Assembly (NCBI RefSeq): GCF_001194135.2
Contig: NC_068994.1
Span: 19,437,162-19,501,161, forward strand
Direction: 5' to 3'
Length of the DNA stretch: 64,000 nt
Source of the DNA: Octopus bimaculoides
Lineage: Eukaryota
Under the pieces are notes generated by a model. That model made no database searches. It had not been told where the DNA came from and saw only the letters and a list, made by a program, of their open reading frames with translations. The position numbers and the translations under genes were made by a program. This document shows, one piece after another, positions 1 to 12,480 of this stretch. Position 1 is the stretch's first letter; every line of letters begins with the position of its first letter.

Positions 1-9
1 AACAACATG

Positions 10-260
10 TTTGCAGAATACTGAAAGCTCAAGTTCCACAGGGCCAGACATGTGACAAGTTTCACAGAGATAACAAGGGGGCCTGTGCAGTTGCTGAGTG
101 CTATGCAAAAAATTAGAAAAGGGCCACTCAGAAGGCCTCCATGATGATGGGAAGATGATTTAGTTACATGATTTGGATCCAGATGGAGAAAAAGAATGGC
201 ACGATCAAGAAAGAATTGAAAACACATTATGACCAGCAGTGTACAACAACATCCAATAGT
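10..260 (+). mobile_element. Degenerate RTE-like LINE 3' ORF fragment
   Basis: Frameshifted translation resembles the RTE C-terminal pattern KWAGHV.R..DNRW...V.EW....KRP.GRP..RW.DD (e.g. gggccagacatgtg, gataacaagggg, gaaggcctcc, atgggaagatgat). Confidence 0.55.
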
Positions 261-1214
261 CTGATCAACATAGAGATATCATAGAGTAAAATCTGGAATC
301 CAGAACAACAATTAGTCTGTAAGAGAGACCATGAAACAAACTGATAAATTCAATTGCTGTGAGGAGTGAAGAATATAATGTTCCAGACACTCACCTTTTG
401 TTGAGAGTTAAAAAGAGAGTGAAAATGATGTTGCTATTTTGACTGCATGCTAGTAGATCTCTGGACCTCTTTATTTTCTCCAAAAAGTCTTCCTCTTTAG
501 TTTCTACTCTTTCTACCATCATTTTTTTTTCTTTCTTTCCTGACCTTTTCACTAGACTTCCATTTTAGCCTTGTTTATAGCTTTGGTTCACTATAACTTC
601 TTTCTTCCATCCTTAACTTCCTCCTCCTGCGGTCAACTAGCAACCCCATTCACACCGCTTCTGGCTAACCTTTTTCCTCATTCCCTATATCATCATCAAT
701 GTTTCTACTAAATACTTTTTAAATATGTTTTTAATAGCTTTTTGGATGTGCATACTCTTTGTTTCCCACTTCTTTACTCCCCCATCAACCCCTCCCTTTT
801 TAACTTGAACACCAATTCTCTTCCTTCTGCCTAGATTGAGGAAGAGGTGGAGTGCAAGTACTTTTTTTAGTTCTGACCTCTTCCCTTTTCACGTATCTAC
901 CTCATGTGTCAGACCTCTGACCTTAAATACCTCCTTCCTTTGCTCTCGCCCCTCTCACTATATCAATCTTATTAACTAGCGTTTTTTAAACTAAACTGCT
1001 GTAAACGTCTGATCCTCACTCTTCACACAGCAATTGAATTTACCAAACCCTTCCTAAGGAACTGCCTATTGAAAGAAGTCGTTAAGCTAATTATTTAAGC
1101 ATCATGCTTCATAGATGAAATGATACAAAACCTCAAGTGTATGAGTTAATAGCATTTAATAGGTATGAAATCAGTAATAGTATGCATGTTTTGTAGATGA
1201 TGATGACCAGAAGT

Positions 1215-1700
1215 GGGCACCACTAGATTGGAGCCTGGTACAGCCTCCCGGCTTGCCAATCCTCAGTCAAACCGTCCAATCCATACCAGCATGGAAAGCA
1301 AACGCTAAATGATGATGAAGTCATCATCATCATCATCATTTAACATCCGTTTTCCATGCTGTCATGGGTTGTACAGTTGACTGAAAACTGGCAAGCTGGG
1401 GAGCTGCACCAGGTTCCAATCTGATTTGGCATGGTTTCTACAGCTGAATGCCCTTTCTAATGCCAACCACTCCCAAGAGTGTAGAGGGTGCTTGTTACGT
1501 AACACTCACATCAGCCACGACTATGATCTCACTTGATTTGACAGGTCTTCTCAAGCACAGCATATCACCAAAGGTCTTGGTCATTTGTCACTGCTTCCAT
1601 GAGCCCCAATGTTTGAAGGGTGCTTTTTTATGTGCCAGTTATGTGACACTGACATCAGCCACAATCAACTATTTCCAACATCATCTTCCTCAATTCAAAA
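1215..1700. mobile_element. SINE/LINE-tail repeat with (ATG)n tail: two copies tail-to-tail (plus copy ~1215-1318, longer minus copy ~1321-1700)
   Basis: The arms are reverse complements of each other (agattggagcctgg...atgatgatga versus tcatcatcatttaacatcc...ccaatct). A similar tail recurs at ~46240 and ~51240. Confidence 0.8.
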
Positions 1701-1779
1701 TATGTTAGGCAACCTATCAAATAAAGGGTTGACTGTTGCCAAGTACTTTCTCTTTGTAAAAGAGTTCTAGTTATAGAAA

Positions 1780-2650
1780 CTTTGATAACAGATGATGTTG
1801 GAGCCCTGAATCTTCAAAGAAAATGATATTAATAAGAAGTATAATGACATTGCATATCAAAAGAAAATGTATAGCAGGAAATCAACATAACATGGTAGCA
1901 TAGAAAATTTACTACAGAAGGTTGCAATGACAATAAGCAAGGGAGCTGAGCTTTCATATAAGTCTTACTTTAATGAAATAGAAATATGAGGGAAGTGTTT
2001 ATTGATAGAAAATGCAGATTGGTTACAGGAGATTTCAAGTCACTTTATAGTTAAGAGTGTTGGAAGTCAAAATATGCATGCATTAATCAATAGTGCTACA
2101 GTTACACAGTTACAAAGCGTTATGCTGTTGTTAGGAGAAAGTAGCTACTGTGATTTATCAGGATAAGTTATAATGTTCAAACAGAAAAACTTTTAAAAAC
2201 ATTGTAGTTGAAAATCACAAAAAAATGGATGACAAATTCACATATGATTTGATAGGAGAATTTGAACATTTGCATATTGATGGAATAAATTACAGATGGA
2301 TCTCCTTGTATTTACAGTTGGATCTCTTTCTTATTGTTAACAGTCACCTACAAAGTGAAGTGGAAAATATTGGAAGGGCAAGCTGAAGCAAGATGTACAA
2401 CACTATAGCTGCTAAAGAATTAAAGAAATTCACGGAGATGCCAGCTCTGTTGGAAACAAAGATTTCTCTCTCCAAATAAAAATAGCTTGCATGTAGCATG
2501 TACAAGCATGATGTCACATGGTACTTGAACTACAGCCCTTAATGCATAAAGAGATTAGAGAAAAATTAGTTGAGTGTAATCTGTGGGATATCCATTGTAA
2601 ACAGTCATTGCATTCTTATGGTTACTTAATGAATCTTACTTACAAAAAAG
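1780..2650 (+). mobile_element. Decayed transposase-like coding relic, possibly MULE/MuDR with a SWIM-like end
   Basis: One frame stays largely open for over 100 codons with sparse stops (…LLQKVAMTISKGAELSYKSYF…CLLIENADWLQEISSHFIVKSVGSQNMH…). Near 2580 a frameshifted C-x-GYP(C)-VIAFL resembles the SWIM G-x-PC-x-H motif. Confidence 0.4.
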
Positions 2651-3735
2651 CTGTTCTGTTTTGAAAACAGAAGTATTTTATGGCAGAGGAAGATCAAGAA
2701 AGCAATAAAGATGTGCTGTAACCATATACAAAGATGTGTGTGAGGTCTAAGAAACAAGACGATACTAAAGCATGAAAAATGGCAATGTGTTGTAAAGTAG
2801 ACCCATCCAACTCATACCAATATGAAAAAAAAAAAAACTGGGATTGAGTAAAAGAAGAAAAGTAAACAAACATTGAAATAAGTGAGTTAACTGTGATAAT
2901 CAACAAAATTGTCATATTCTTTACAGTAAAGAGGTTGATGCTTTTATAACAACAGCATTTTTTCATATAATGAGTAGCAGCAGAAATATGATTACAAATC
3001 TATGTATGTATATGTGGATGTTATATATGCATACATCTATGTACATATGTATGAATGAATGAATGATAGGGAGTAGTAGAACAGACAGGCTTGACCAGCT
3101 GGAAGTGTTGGCACCACTTAGAGTGACTGAGTGGAACCATTAACAGGTGATCAATGCTATCCCAGGAAACAGAAGGGACCTAATTATGAAACTAGTCAAT
3201 GGCATTTGTGTCAGGCAGCTGTTTTCTCCTGTCCTCTTTTAAATTTAAAACTCTCCAAGAAGTGGTCACACTTGGACACAAATTAACTTCTACCACCAGT
3301 ATAAATGTATGTAATAGACTTGTATAAATATGTAAACATTCCATTCTCTCTACTTGTCTGAGAAGGGTTATAGAAGAAATGTGAGGTAACAAAAAAAAAT
3401 AATAATTGTAGAAACTTATAAATATTTACATGGCTAAGCTTCTAAACTAAACTTTACAGCAATAGTCTGAATTTTTATTGTTACATCAGAGATGTCCTTA
3501 TTCAATTCTTCATCGTTCTTTAGCAACAACAAAAACGAAAACAAAAGAGTTGAAGCCTCACACTCACTACCACTTTGATGTCTCTCCACACCACATCTCC
3601 AAAATATGATAATCAAGTATAACAAAATATGAATCAAATAAAGCAATCAGTTAATGAACAACTTTTCAAAATTTTTAGCTGGACAGTGATAGAAACTTAT
3701 CCAAATAAATTTATATTCCAAAAATTAATTCTTAC

Positions 3736-3876
3736 ATAATTTGCAGTTCTTTGATAATAACCTTTTCCAGAATTATAATCAAAGGAATTAGAAAAATGGA
3801 AATAATATATTGTCTCTTTGAGACTATGACTAATTCTACAAACATTCTTAATATGGCAGTTTTTGAATTGAAGACT
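3736..3876 (-). CDS. Candidate internal exon (141 nt), product unknown
   Basis: Acceptor tttgttattacag|, donor AT|gtaaga; two frames are open (phase 0: SLQFKNCHIKNVCRISHSLKETIYYFHFSNSFDYNSGKGYYQRTANY). No homology recognised. Confidence 0.3.
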
Positions 3877-6800
3877 CTGTAATAACAAATACATAAACAA
3901 AACAAAAAACAGCAAGATAATCTTTTCTTAGGCACAAGGCCAATGTTAGTAGAAATGAAAAGAAAAAAGCAAATAACTAACAGCAGTTGAGGAGAAATAT
4001 TTTCCTTCAGTAATTTGTTCATAAATAAATTAAGCATTTCTTATAATGTAACTACAAAGACAGTTTAGAAATAATTATTTATCTGTTAATGACAAGAGTG
4101 AGTACCATTTATGTATTAGAGCTTTTAATATATAACTGATGTAATTTCCTTTCACAAAGTATTATATATAATATCATTTGTGCTATTCATTCAGGTTAAA
4201 CTTAGGAATTAACTCTCATATGTGTATGTAGTTCTGATAACATAACTGTAAATTCTGATGAAAAATGTATAAAAAAGAAACTTTCAAGTACTTCTGCTGC
4301 AAGATAACTTCTTTCAACAGCTATTTCATCTATCATGTAACTATATAAAAGTTAGACTATTTATCTGGATAAGAGTAGAGCTTCACAGTTGAAGAGCTGT
4401 AAATTTATAATTTTTCATTGTCGTAGCACTCTTTATTGCTCTACTTACAATAAGAATAGAAAGAAAATTAGTTGGTAGCAGAGGTGAACTGGTTGGAACT
4501 TAGCAAACGATGATTTATGATAACAAATTTGAAGTATCTCACATGGAAATGGATAAATATGTAATCTAATGACGATTATGTAATCTAACAACTACAATGG
4601 AATCAACGGCTACAATGCTTATTATTACTTATACCATTATTAAGCCATTATTACTTATAATGCTAATTCACATCCCTGCTTTGCAAAAAAGAATCACAAG
4701 ATGGATTCTCCAAGCTAAGTGAGCCAGAAGTAGACAAAGAATGAGATAGCTGGATAAAATCCATAGTCTCAGAGAGTCATGCTTGGGAATCTAGCTGGAA
4801 AGCATGCCACCAGCTTCTTCTAGGACTCTACCTGACAACTGAAACCCCATGACCATCCCAAAAATAGGGAGCAGAGAAAATGGATTACCTATAAGACCAC
4901 TGTAAGAATTAGATGATGTTTCAAGGCCACCATTTGTGCCTGGTAACATTAATAAAGAAAAGGTAAAGAAACAAAATATATGAGCAAAAGAGAGATTTGA
5001 ACTGAGAAATTTCTGTGAAATTTATTGCAAGCAAAATTTAGAATACTAGATACTTCTAGTTAGATCTATAATTATAAGTCGATATTTAAAAGTGAGAAAA
5101 AATAACAACTAATACAGCATAATTATAGAATTAATAATTTCAACATATTCAAAGTATGTTATATTTAGGGCAGCACATGTATACACATGCACATACACAC
5201 ACGCATGTGAACACACATTTTTAGATGTGTTGTTATTCTTTCATTCAGAAATGTTACTTCAGGTGTATAAAGCATTTAAGCAATAAATAAAAGAGACAAA
5301 ATTTAGTTGTGTATTAAGAAAAAATGTTTGAAACCTGATTTATAGCAGAGAAATTACAGAAAAATACTAACATGTCTTTACTAATACAAAAACTTTCATA
5401 CAACTAGTACTTAGTTACTAACTGTATTGTAGTAATATTGTAGTATGAAGTAAATGAATTGACCTTTCACGATCAGCCTTTACTCTGAGTAATATCTGTT
5501 TACCTTACTGTAAAGTTGATAACAAGCACTTCTGCAAAAGTTATAATTTGTTATTATTGTTTAGGCACAAAATGCACATGACTGATGAATGACAGACCAT
5601 TTTGAGTATCCCATATATTTTTCAAAATGGTTATTTGTGATACACTATTTCTAGAAGGTCAACCAATCGCAAAGAGAATCCACTGATGGCTCAGGAAGTT
5701 CACATCTAAAGAAAGTTTTGTCATCTCAGTGTACATGCATGCACACACACACTTTATATACATATAGTTTTACATGCAAAATGTGTTTAAACAGAGTTGA
5801 AATGCGAAAGTGCAGAGAGTCTGCTATATAATATTTCAATATTCTTTGGTAAAGGTGCTCTTAGAATATTATAGATATTCATGAATACTTAAGAGTGCTT
5901 ACTATATGAAAATTTGGTCACTGGCATATTTGATGCAATAAGCCAAGAAGTTTTAAGTAAATGAAGTTAGCCTGGTAGTTTAATTATGCTTTGCTGATAA
6001 GGTCTAATACAGGTGAAACATGACTGGTAGTGTCACTGCACAGCTAAAGATCATTTCCTACAGCAATGTATATTCAATAAAGTTTGATGAATTAAAATTC
6101 CAAGGTTATCCACCTGTTTTGTTTTTTTTTAACTAGTATTAGTCAGATAAAGATTTCTTCAGATCACTAAAGCCATAATTTTAATTAATAAAAATGTCTT
6201 GGTTTACTATGCCATGTATACTGGCACCCACTTTGCTATTAAGTTTCTATGCAGTAAGTTATTCTTTTAACATAAGTAAAAGTACTTTCATGAATGAGTC
6301 AAGTCCAGATGATGTGGCTATAGTGTTAGCAAAGGTGTGAGGAATCCAAGTGATGAAAGAATAATTAACTCTTAACTTCCTGTATAACACAGTACCACAC
6401 AGGCCTGCATCAGTCAGCCAGTTGCAAAATGCATGATATCACAAGAATTGCACTAACTTAATTTACATTCATTTTGAAGGAACTGAGGAACTTTTTAATG
6501 TAAGAGAGAAAATTTTAATCTCTTCCTTTATTGTTCATTTATGTTCCTGAATGAGATGTTAGTCAATCACATATAAGTTTTCTTATAGGTCTGTTTTGTA
6601 TTCCCAATAACTGGATGGATTGAGGCATAGCAAATACAAAATACCTGCAATGAATATGAATTTGTGAAACATGAGCAGATAGTCGAATACTTCATGCACC
6701 CTGTCATTTTACCTAGTGTGTGATGGAAAGAGAGTGAAAGAGAATCTAGTGGAGCAGAGGCGAAAGAAAGAAAAAATTCAATAGAATAGTAATGAAGATA

Positions 6801-8865
6801 AACAGTAGTGTTTTATAGATATGACATATTTTATTTAGAACACTTCTCTAAAATTAACAGTAAAGATATAAAATTTGGCTGTGAAATAATACAAGAATTG
6901 TTAATTCATATCCTAAGCAAAACCACTTGGGAAAAAAATTTTACAGATTTTACTTAACTGGAAGTAAAATGCTTAAACAAACAAGAGTTTGTATAAACTT
7001 GAATAGAATAAGTTTACTGGTATTTTGATTTTTCAAATTGCCATTATATCCAACATGGGATTTACTTATAGCATTTCAAGTAATAAACAATGTCTTAGAG
7101 TTTTTGAGAGAGGAAATGGATGTCATGATACTCGTACCTTTCCACTGACTTTAGAAATTTAAACAAAGGAAAATTGTTACAATTTGGAGCTGAAATTAGG
7201 TTGACGATTGAGCAAACCAAAAACTTACCCATTCAATATTGATATTTGCTACACAGTGCTTTGAAATTAAAAGTATGTTTAAGTCTAAGGCTATTAGAAA
7301 ATGTTTATATTAAACTTCACTTTGCTTTTAAGTGTTTTTAGACACGAGTTCTTTGTGTGTGTATATGTGAGTATGTTTTGAAAAATCTGATTAAAGTTGT
7401 AGCTTTATTGTTTGTTTTCCTAATACCAATTTTATATGAAAACTAATTGTGGTTTTCTTGAACTTCCAAAGTGTTTTCTTTCAGTTTGTTCAGAACTTTA
7501 TTACTTGAAGATGCTTTTGATGACTTTATATTGACTTGATATTGACTTTATATTTTGTTGGACTTAAACTAAAAGGAATTCTCCAAATCTATTAATGACA
7601 AATGTTAACAATAATGTTCTTCCCAACTTTTGATATACATAAAAGAGTGTATATTTCTATGTTCTGAGAGACAAATAAAGAGAACATTATACATACACAT
7701 ACACAGATATAAATGAACATATTTCCATGATGGAATGAAGGCATGTGTCAACGTGGGGAGCAAGCTCTCTATACACTTACAGCAAAAGGCACCCACCATA
7801 GTCACATCTGTACAAAAGAGTATAGGTCCCTAGGAGGACTGAAAAGCTATAGGCGTAATCTTCGTGTTTAAGAGACCAATCAAGTTTAAGAGACCAATAG
7901 CATTGATTGAAATCATGTTGTAGTCATTATATGAGCTATTTGCAAATTCATATGTTCATGAGTGCCATTTTTCATATTTATGCTGTTATATTATTTTAGC
8001 TATATGTGATACAGGGGTTAGAGAAAATTCATATAATTGATATTAGTTTACCTCAGAAATTCTATGCAGCTCTTATTTTACACACACACACATTTCTCCA
8101 GGTCTCTAATTCTTTGTGTCAAACATGTGTCTAATTATTTGTGCCAAGGTTTAAGCATTGCCAAAGAAGTAGTATCAAGGAAACAAACCCTAAAGGTGGG
8201 GTTAATATTTTAGTTCATTCTTTTTACTTATTTGCAAATATTACTAACTATTATGAAGTGAATACAATAACAAAACTGGCATTTTTTGAAAAGACAGGCA
8301 AATAATTTAATGGATTACATTACAAAATTTTCAAACATAGAAAGAGTTTTAAAAAATGAAGGGAGGAAATGTTTTCATTTTTGTGTGTTTTTTTTTTATT
8401 TTATTTTTTTTTTACTATTTTACATCTATTTTTAGTCAGCAATGATGGCAGGAGTGAATTTGCAAATTTTCATATTTGTATATAGATTGTAGTTTCTTTT
8501 AGCTGGATGGATTTTTTTTCAATTGCTATCCACTGAGACAAATAGATAAGCGGAAGTATTTGGCTTTCAAATGATCACAACTCAAGGAACATAGCAAGGT
8601 GCTATGTTAAGCAGAAACAAATGTTTTAATCATTTTTTTTTTTTTGAGCAATATTTGTAACACAATTTATAAGTTGTTTTTTCTTTTTACTAAATAGTTA
8701 TAATCAAAAGTAGTATGCAAAGATGAAAGGCAAAACAAAACCAAAATGGATTTGAACTGCAAAACAAACCACCAGTAATGTAGTAATCAGTTGTTCTTGT
8801 CTACTATACCAACTTGAATACATTGCACCATATTCCAGTTTTCTTCAATTATTTTACTAATGACA

Positions 8866-9430
8866 TTTAAGAATAGCCTGGGCAAAGTTCAGAGAGCTCT
8901 TACCTCTGCTGGTGACAAAAGGCCTCTTGCTCAGAGTAAAAGGCAGACTGTATGACGCATGCATATGAACAGCCATGCTACATGGCTGTGAAATATGGGC
9001 TGTGACTGCTGAGGAAATGCATAAGGCGAGAATAGATGAGGATAGCTGTGTGAAAAAGTGCCACAGCCTATCGGTTGAGGGTACCTGTGGAAGAGGTAGA
9101 CCCAGGAAGACCTGGGATGAGGTGGTGAAGCACGACCTTTGAACATTAGGCTTTACCAAGGCAATGACTAGTGACCGAGACCTTTGGAAATATGCTGTGC
9201 TTGAGAAGACCTGGCAAAACAAGTGAGACCATAACCTGTGGCCTTTACCAGGGGTGTAGCCAGCCCACTTATGCGTACCTTACCTTCTTTGGACACAAAA
9301 CTCTGCTTGCAAAGACCTGTTGAGGCAAGTGAAATCGAATTCGAAAACAAACCAAATTCGACAACTGGCACCCATGCCAACCTTCCTTCATTGGACACTA
9401 AACTCCTAATCAAAACCATTTCAACTCACT
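8866..9430 (+). mobile_element. RTE-type LINE 3' end with internal deletion and 3' UTR
   Basis: Translation RIAWAKFRELLPLLVTKGL..RVKGRLYDAC..TAMLHGCEIWAVT, then VEGTCGRGRPRKTWDEVVKHDL…MTSDRDLWKYAV. Confidence 0.85.
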
Positions 9431-9667
9431 AATCTTTGTGAAAGACATGAATATTACTATTTCTTATTCCCATTCCCTTCCAAACCTTAGGTATAGTATA
9501 AAAAAAGCATCATTGCATCATTATTGTAGTAGTAGCATATTTAATTCCATCCTTCGACATTCTGAGTCAAGTTTCCATCAATGTATCCAGGGTTGATTTG
9601 AAAATGTATGCTTTTTCCATTTAAGTACTTATGTCAGTATAAGAAACTTATGATATTTATAAATATC

Positions 9668-10011
9668 TTTATCTTTTATTTGTTTCAGTCATTTGACTAT
9701 GGCTATGATGGGACACATCCTTGAAGGGTTTTAATCGAATGTATCAACACCAGGACTTATTTTCTTAAGTCTAGTACTTGTTTTATTAGTCTCTTTTGCC
9801 AAAACTAATTGTCAGGTGGTGATAAGGGACAAACACAGACACACATATATATATATGACAGGCTTCTTTCAGTTTCTGTCAACCAAATCTACTGACAAGG
9901 CTTTGGTCAACCTGAGGTCATAGCAGAAGACACTTGACCAAGAAACCACACAATGAGACAGGACCCAGAATCATGTGGTTGGGAAGCAAGCTTCTTATAA
10001 CAGTCACACCT
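9668..10011 (-). mobile_element. tRNA-derived SINE family A (diverged copy)
   Basis: Colinear with the copy at 43082-43517; tRNA-like head at the right end on the minus strand; CpGs decayed. Confidence 0.85.
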
Positions 10012-10139
10012 AAAACGAATAAAAATTAGACATTATACAAAGGCAGAAACAGCCTGTACTATTGGTGAGCCTACTTGTTCTGCTCAGCTCTCCCTCCTGG
10101 TTTCCTTATTGGGCTTCACCCTTTAATGTTCAGACTACT

Positions 10140-10342
10140 CTATCAAATACAATATGTATTTATTCACATGGTTCTGAATTAATCATTCACCATCATATGG
10201 CTTTGAAATCTCAGTGATGTCTGTTTATTTTTAGAATGACATTGTAGGGTCAGTGTAAGAGGCTGGATTTGGCCAATTTGAACATAAAACAGGTAGAATA
10301 TTTGGGCTTGATACAGCTGGTTTAAATGTTAAGTGCTTCAAC
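10140..10342 (-). mobile_element. piggyBac-like MITE family 1, decayed reverse copy
   Basis: Reverse complement matches the internal sequence of 13553-13772 and 19096-19303 (aatattctacctgttttatgttcaaattggcc…). Confidence 0.7.
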
Positions 10343-10609
10343 ACTCAGTACCAAAACTAAACACATTACCTTGCCTTTAATCTCCAGAAATGTAACCTCC
10401 TGGAATTATCTCTACATATGTTTTTCTAACAGACACTGATCAACAGCAGAGGTTCAAGCTAGATATCAACCACATCAATTCCACTAGTCTGGAAGGGCCA
10501 AATTCAACTAACTTATAATTTTATTTTTATTTTTTTAAATCACCTTACTTTTTATGTCCCATACAGAATGAGAAGTTACAACCAGCAGACACTCTTCATT
10601 CCTCATATA

Positions 10610-10803
10610 TTGGCTTCAAATTTTGGCACAAGGCCAGCAATTTCAAGGGAGAAGTAAGTTGAGGACTGGTACTTATTTTACCAACCCCAAAAGGACAAAA
10701 GGCAAAGTTGGCCTTGGCAGAATTTGAGCTCAGAATGTAAAGATGAAATGCTGTTTAAGTATTTTGCCTGGCATGCACACAATTCTGCCAGCTTGCTACC
10801 TTA
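10610..10803 (-). mobile_element. tRNA-derived SINE family B
   Basis: Reverse complement of the family seen at 18088-18306 and 58314-58490 (gagttcaaattc…ctttgcctttcatcc…ggccttgtgcc). Confidence 0.85.
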
Positions 10804-11039
10804 CTTCACTCTTCATATACTGATAACTGTTTTATCTAGTTTACATAGATAAAAATCATCTTTGATGATATCTGAACACAGAACTGCGAGTCAACTAAAT
10901 GTATGTAACAAAACATTTAATCCAGGCATATATGTCTCTTAAATTACCTTTAACTCAACTAGAACACACCAAATTCTCTTTTTGTTAAGTGAATAATCAA
11001 TAGTTCACACGATAATCAAATTGTGCAATATATATATAT

Positions 11040-11216
11040 NNNNNNNNNNNNNNNNNNNNNNNNNNNNNNNNNNNNNNNNNNNNNNNNNNNNNNNNNNNNN
11101 NNNNNNNNNNNNNNNNNNNNNNNNNNNNNNNNNNNNNNNNNNNNNNNNNNNNNNNNNNNNNNNNNNNNNNNNNNNNNNNNNNNNNNNNNNNNNNNNNNNN
11201 NNNNNNNNNNNNNNNN
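11040..11216. other. Assembly gap (N run) next to (TA)n
   Basis: N run. Similar gaps at 20347-20417, 32710-32719 and 56404-56485. Confidence 1.
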
Positions 11217-11924
11217 TTCACAGAATATTTTTTTTTCTGTGGCATATATATTAATGAACCTCAATATTACACCATTGCTGGTTGATTTAATAAAAATTTA
11301 TATGAAAACGGAAGAAATATCTAAGAGAAGATTGTTTGACATTTATCAAAAGACCTCACAGGAAACACGTAAATAGGTTTACCTTGTCACAAAAATCTCA
11401 GCATGTAATCATCTAACTACAACAACAACAGAAACAATAATAATAATAGTAGATCTTTTTTAATGATAATATTAACAACAGTGATGATGATAATAATAGT
11501 AATAATAAAATGTAACAATAAAGGCAAACAGTTCTTAGAAGCTTATTTTAAATTTTTATTATTATTTAGATAAAAAGTGATTCTCATAATATGATATAGA
11601 TTTCCTATTAAATACATATCCTACAAAATACACAGCTTTACAAAGGAATAATTCGAATTACAGTTTCAGGAATTTAACATAAAATGGTTGTTCATGGGTG
11701 TTGTGCTAAATTCCTGGATGCAATTCTGTTTTACAGCATATTCAATTCACTTGACATGCAACTCTTATTAGTTGATAACTGAAACTTAATTTCAACAGAA
11801 GGTAAAAGTCAACCCAGAGCTCAGAAGATAAAAATCAGGTTTGGAAAATTTCTTCCTCTCAACAAGGCATAGAATGAATGCTATCACGCAATCCAATGGA
11901 AAAACCAGGGCACTGATATTTTCA

Positions 11925-12212
11925 TAGGTGCAGACATGGTTTCTTGGTAAGAATTTTGCTTCCCAATCACATGGTTCTGGGTTCAGTCCTACAGTGGGGC
12001 ACCTTGGACTGACCAAAACCTTGTGCATGAACTTGGTAGGCAGAAACTGAAAGAAGCCCATTATTTATAAATATATATATATAAAATTGAGAAAGGCTTT
12101 GATCGGACTGAGGCTGTCGTAGAAGACACTTGCCCAAGGTGCCACACTGTGGGACTGAACCTGGAACCATGTGGTTGGTAAGCAAGCTACTTACTACACA
12201 GTCATTCCTGTG

Positions 12213-12266
<54 letters not shown>

Positions 12267-12480
12267 AGTGTGTGTGTGTTTTCCCCCACCCCTTACTGCT
12301 TCACAGCAAATGCTGGTATGTTTATATTCCCGTAACCTAGCAGTTCAGCAAAAGAGAGCAATAACATAAGTACCAGGCTTTAAAAAACATAAGCACAGGA
12401 GTTGATGCATTCAACTAGAATTCCTCAAGGCGGTGCCTCAGCATGGTTGCAGTCTGATGACTGAAACAAGTAAAAGATGT
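11925..12480 (+). mobile_element. SINE family A (plus) with an inverted family A head (~12092-12214, minus) inserted in its internal microsatellite
   Basis: Plus head 11925-12060 (ggttcagtcc box B), reverse head 12092-12214, then (TA)n/(TG)n, then the plus-strand 3' half ending in gactgaaacaagtaaaaga. Confidence 0.8.

Noticed and set aside
3920-3950. NIGLVPKK as an H2A C-terminal LLPKK match
   Set aside because: Comes from the common SINE-tail sequence ggccttgtgcctaa and is out of order relative to the other H2A-like motifs.
7190-7292. Exon at ~7229-7290 spliced to exon 7138-7189
   Set aside because: The intron would be only 39 nt and the phases are incompatible (in-frame stop).
10997-11376. 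ORFs spanning N gaps and (TA)n/(CA)n (also 20198-20665, 56313-56575, 29720-29917, 43213-43535)
   Set aside because: Open only because of Ns or microsatellites.
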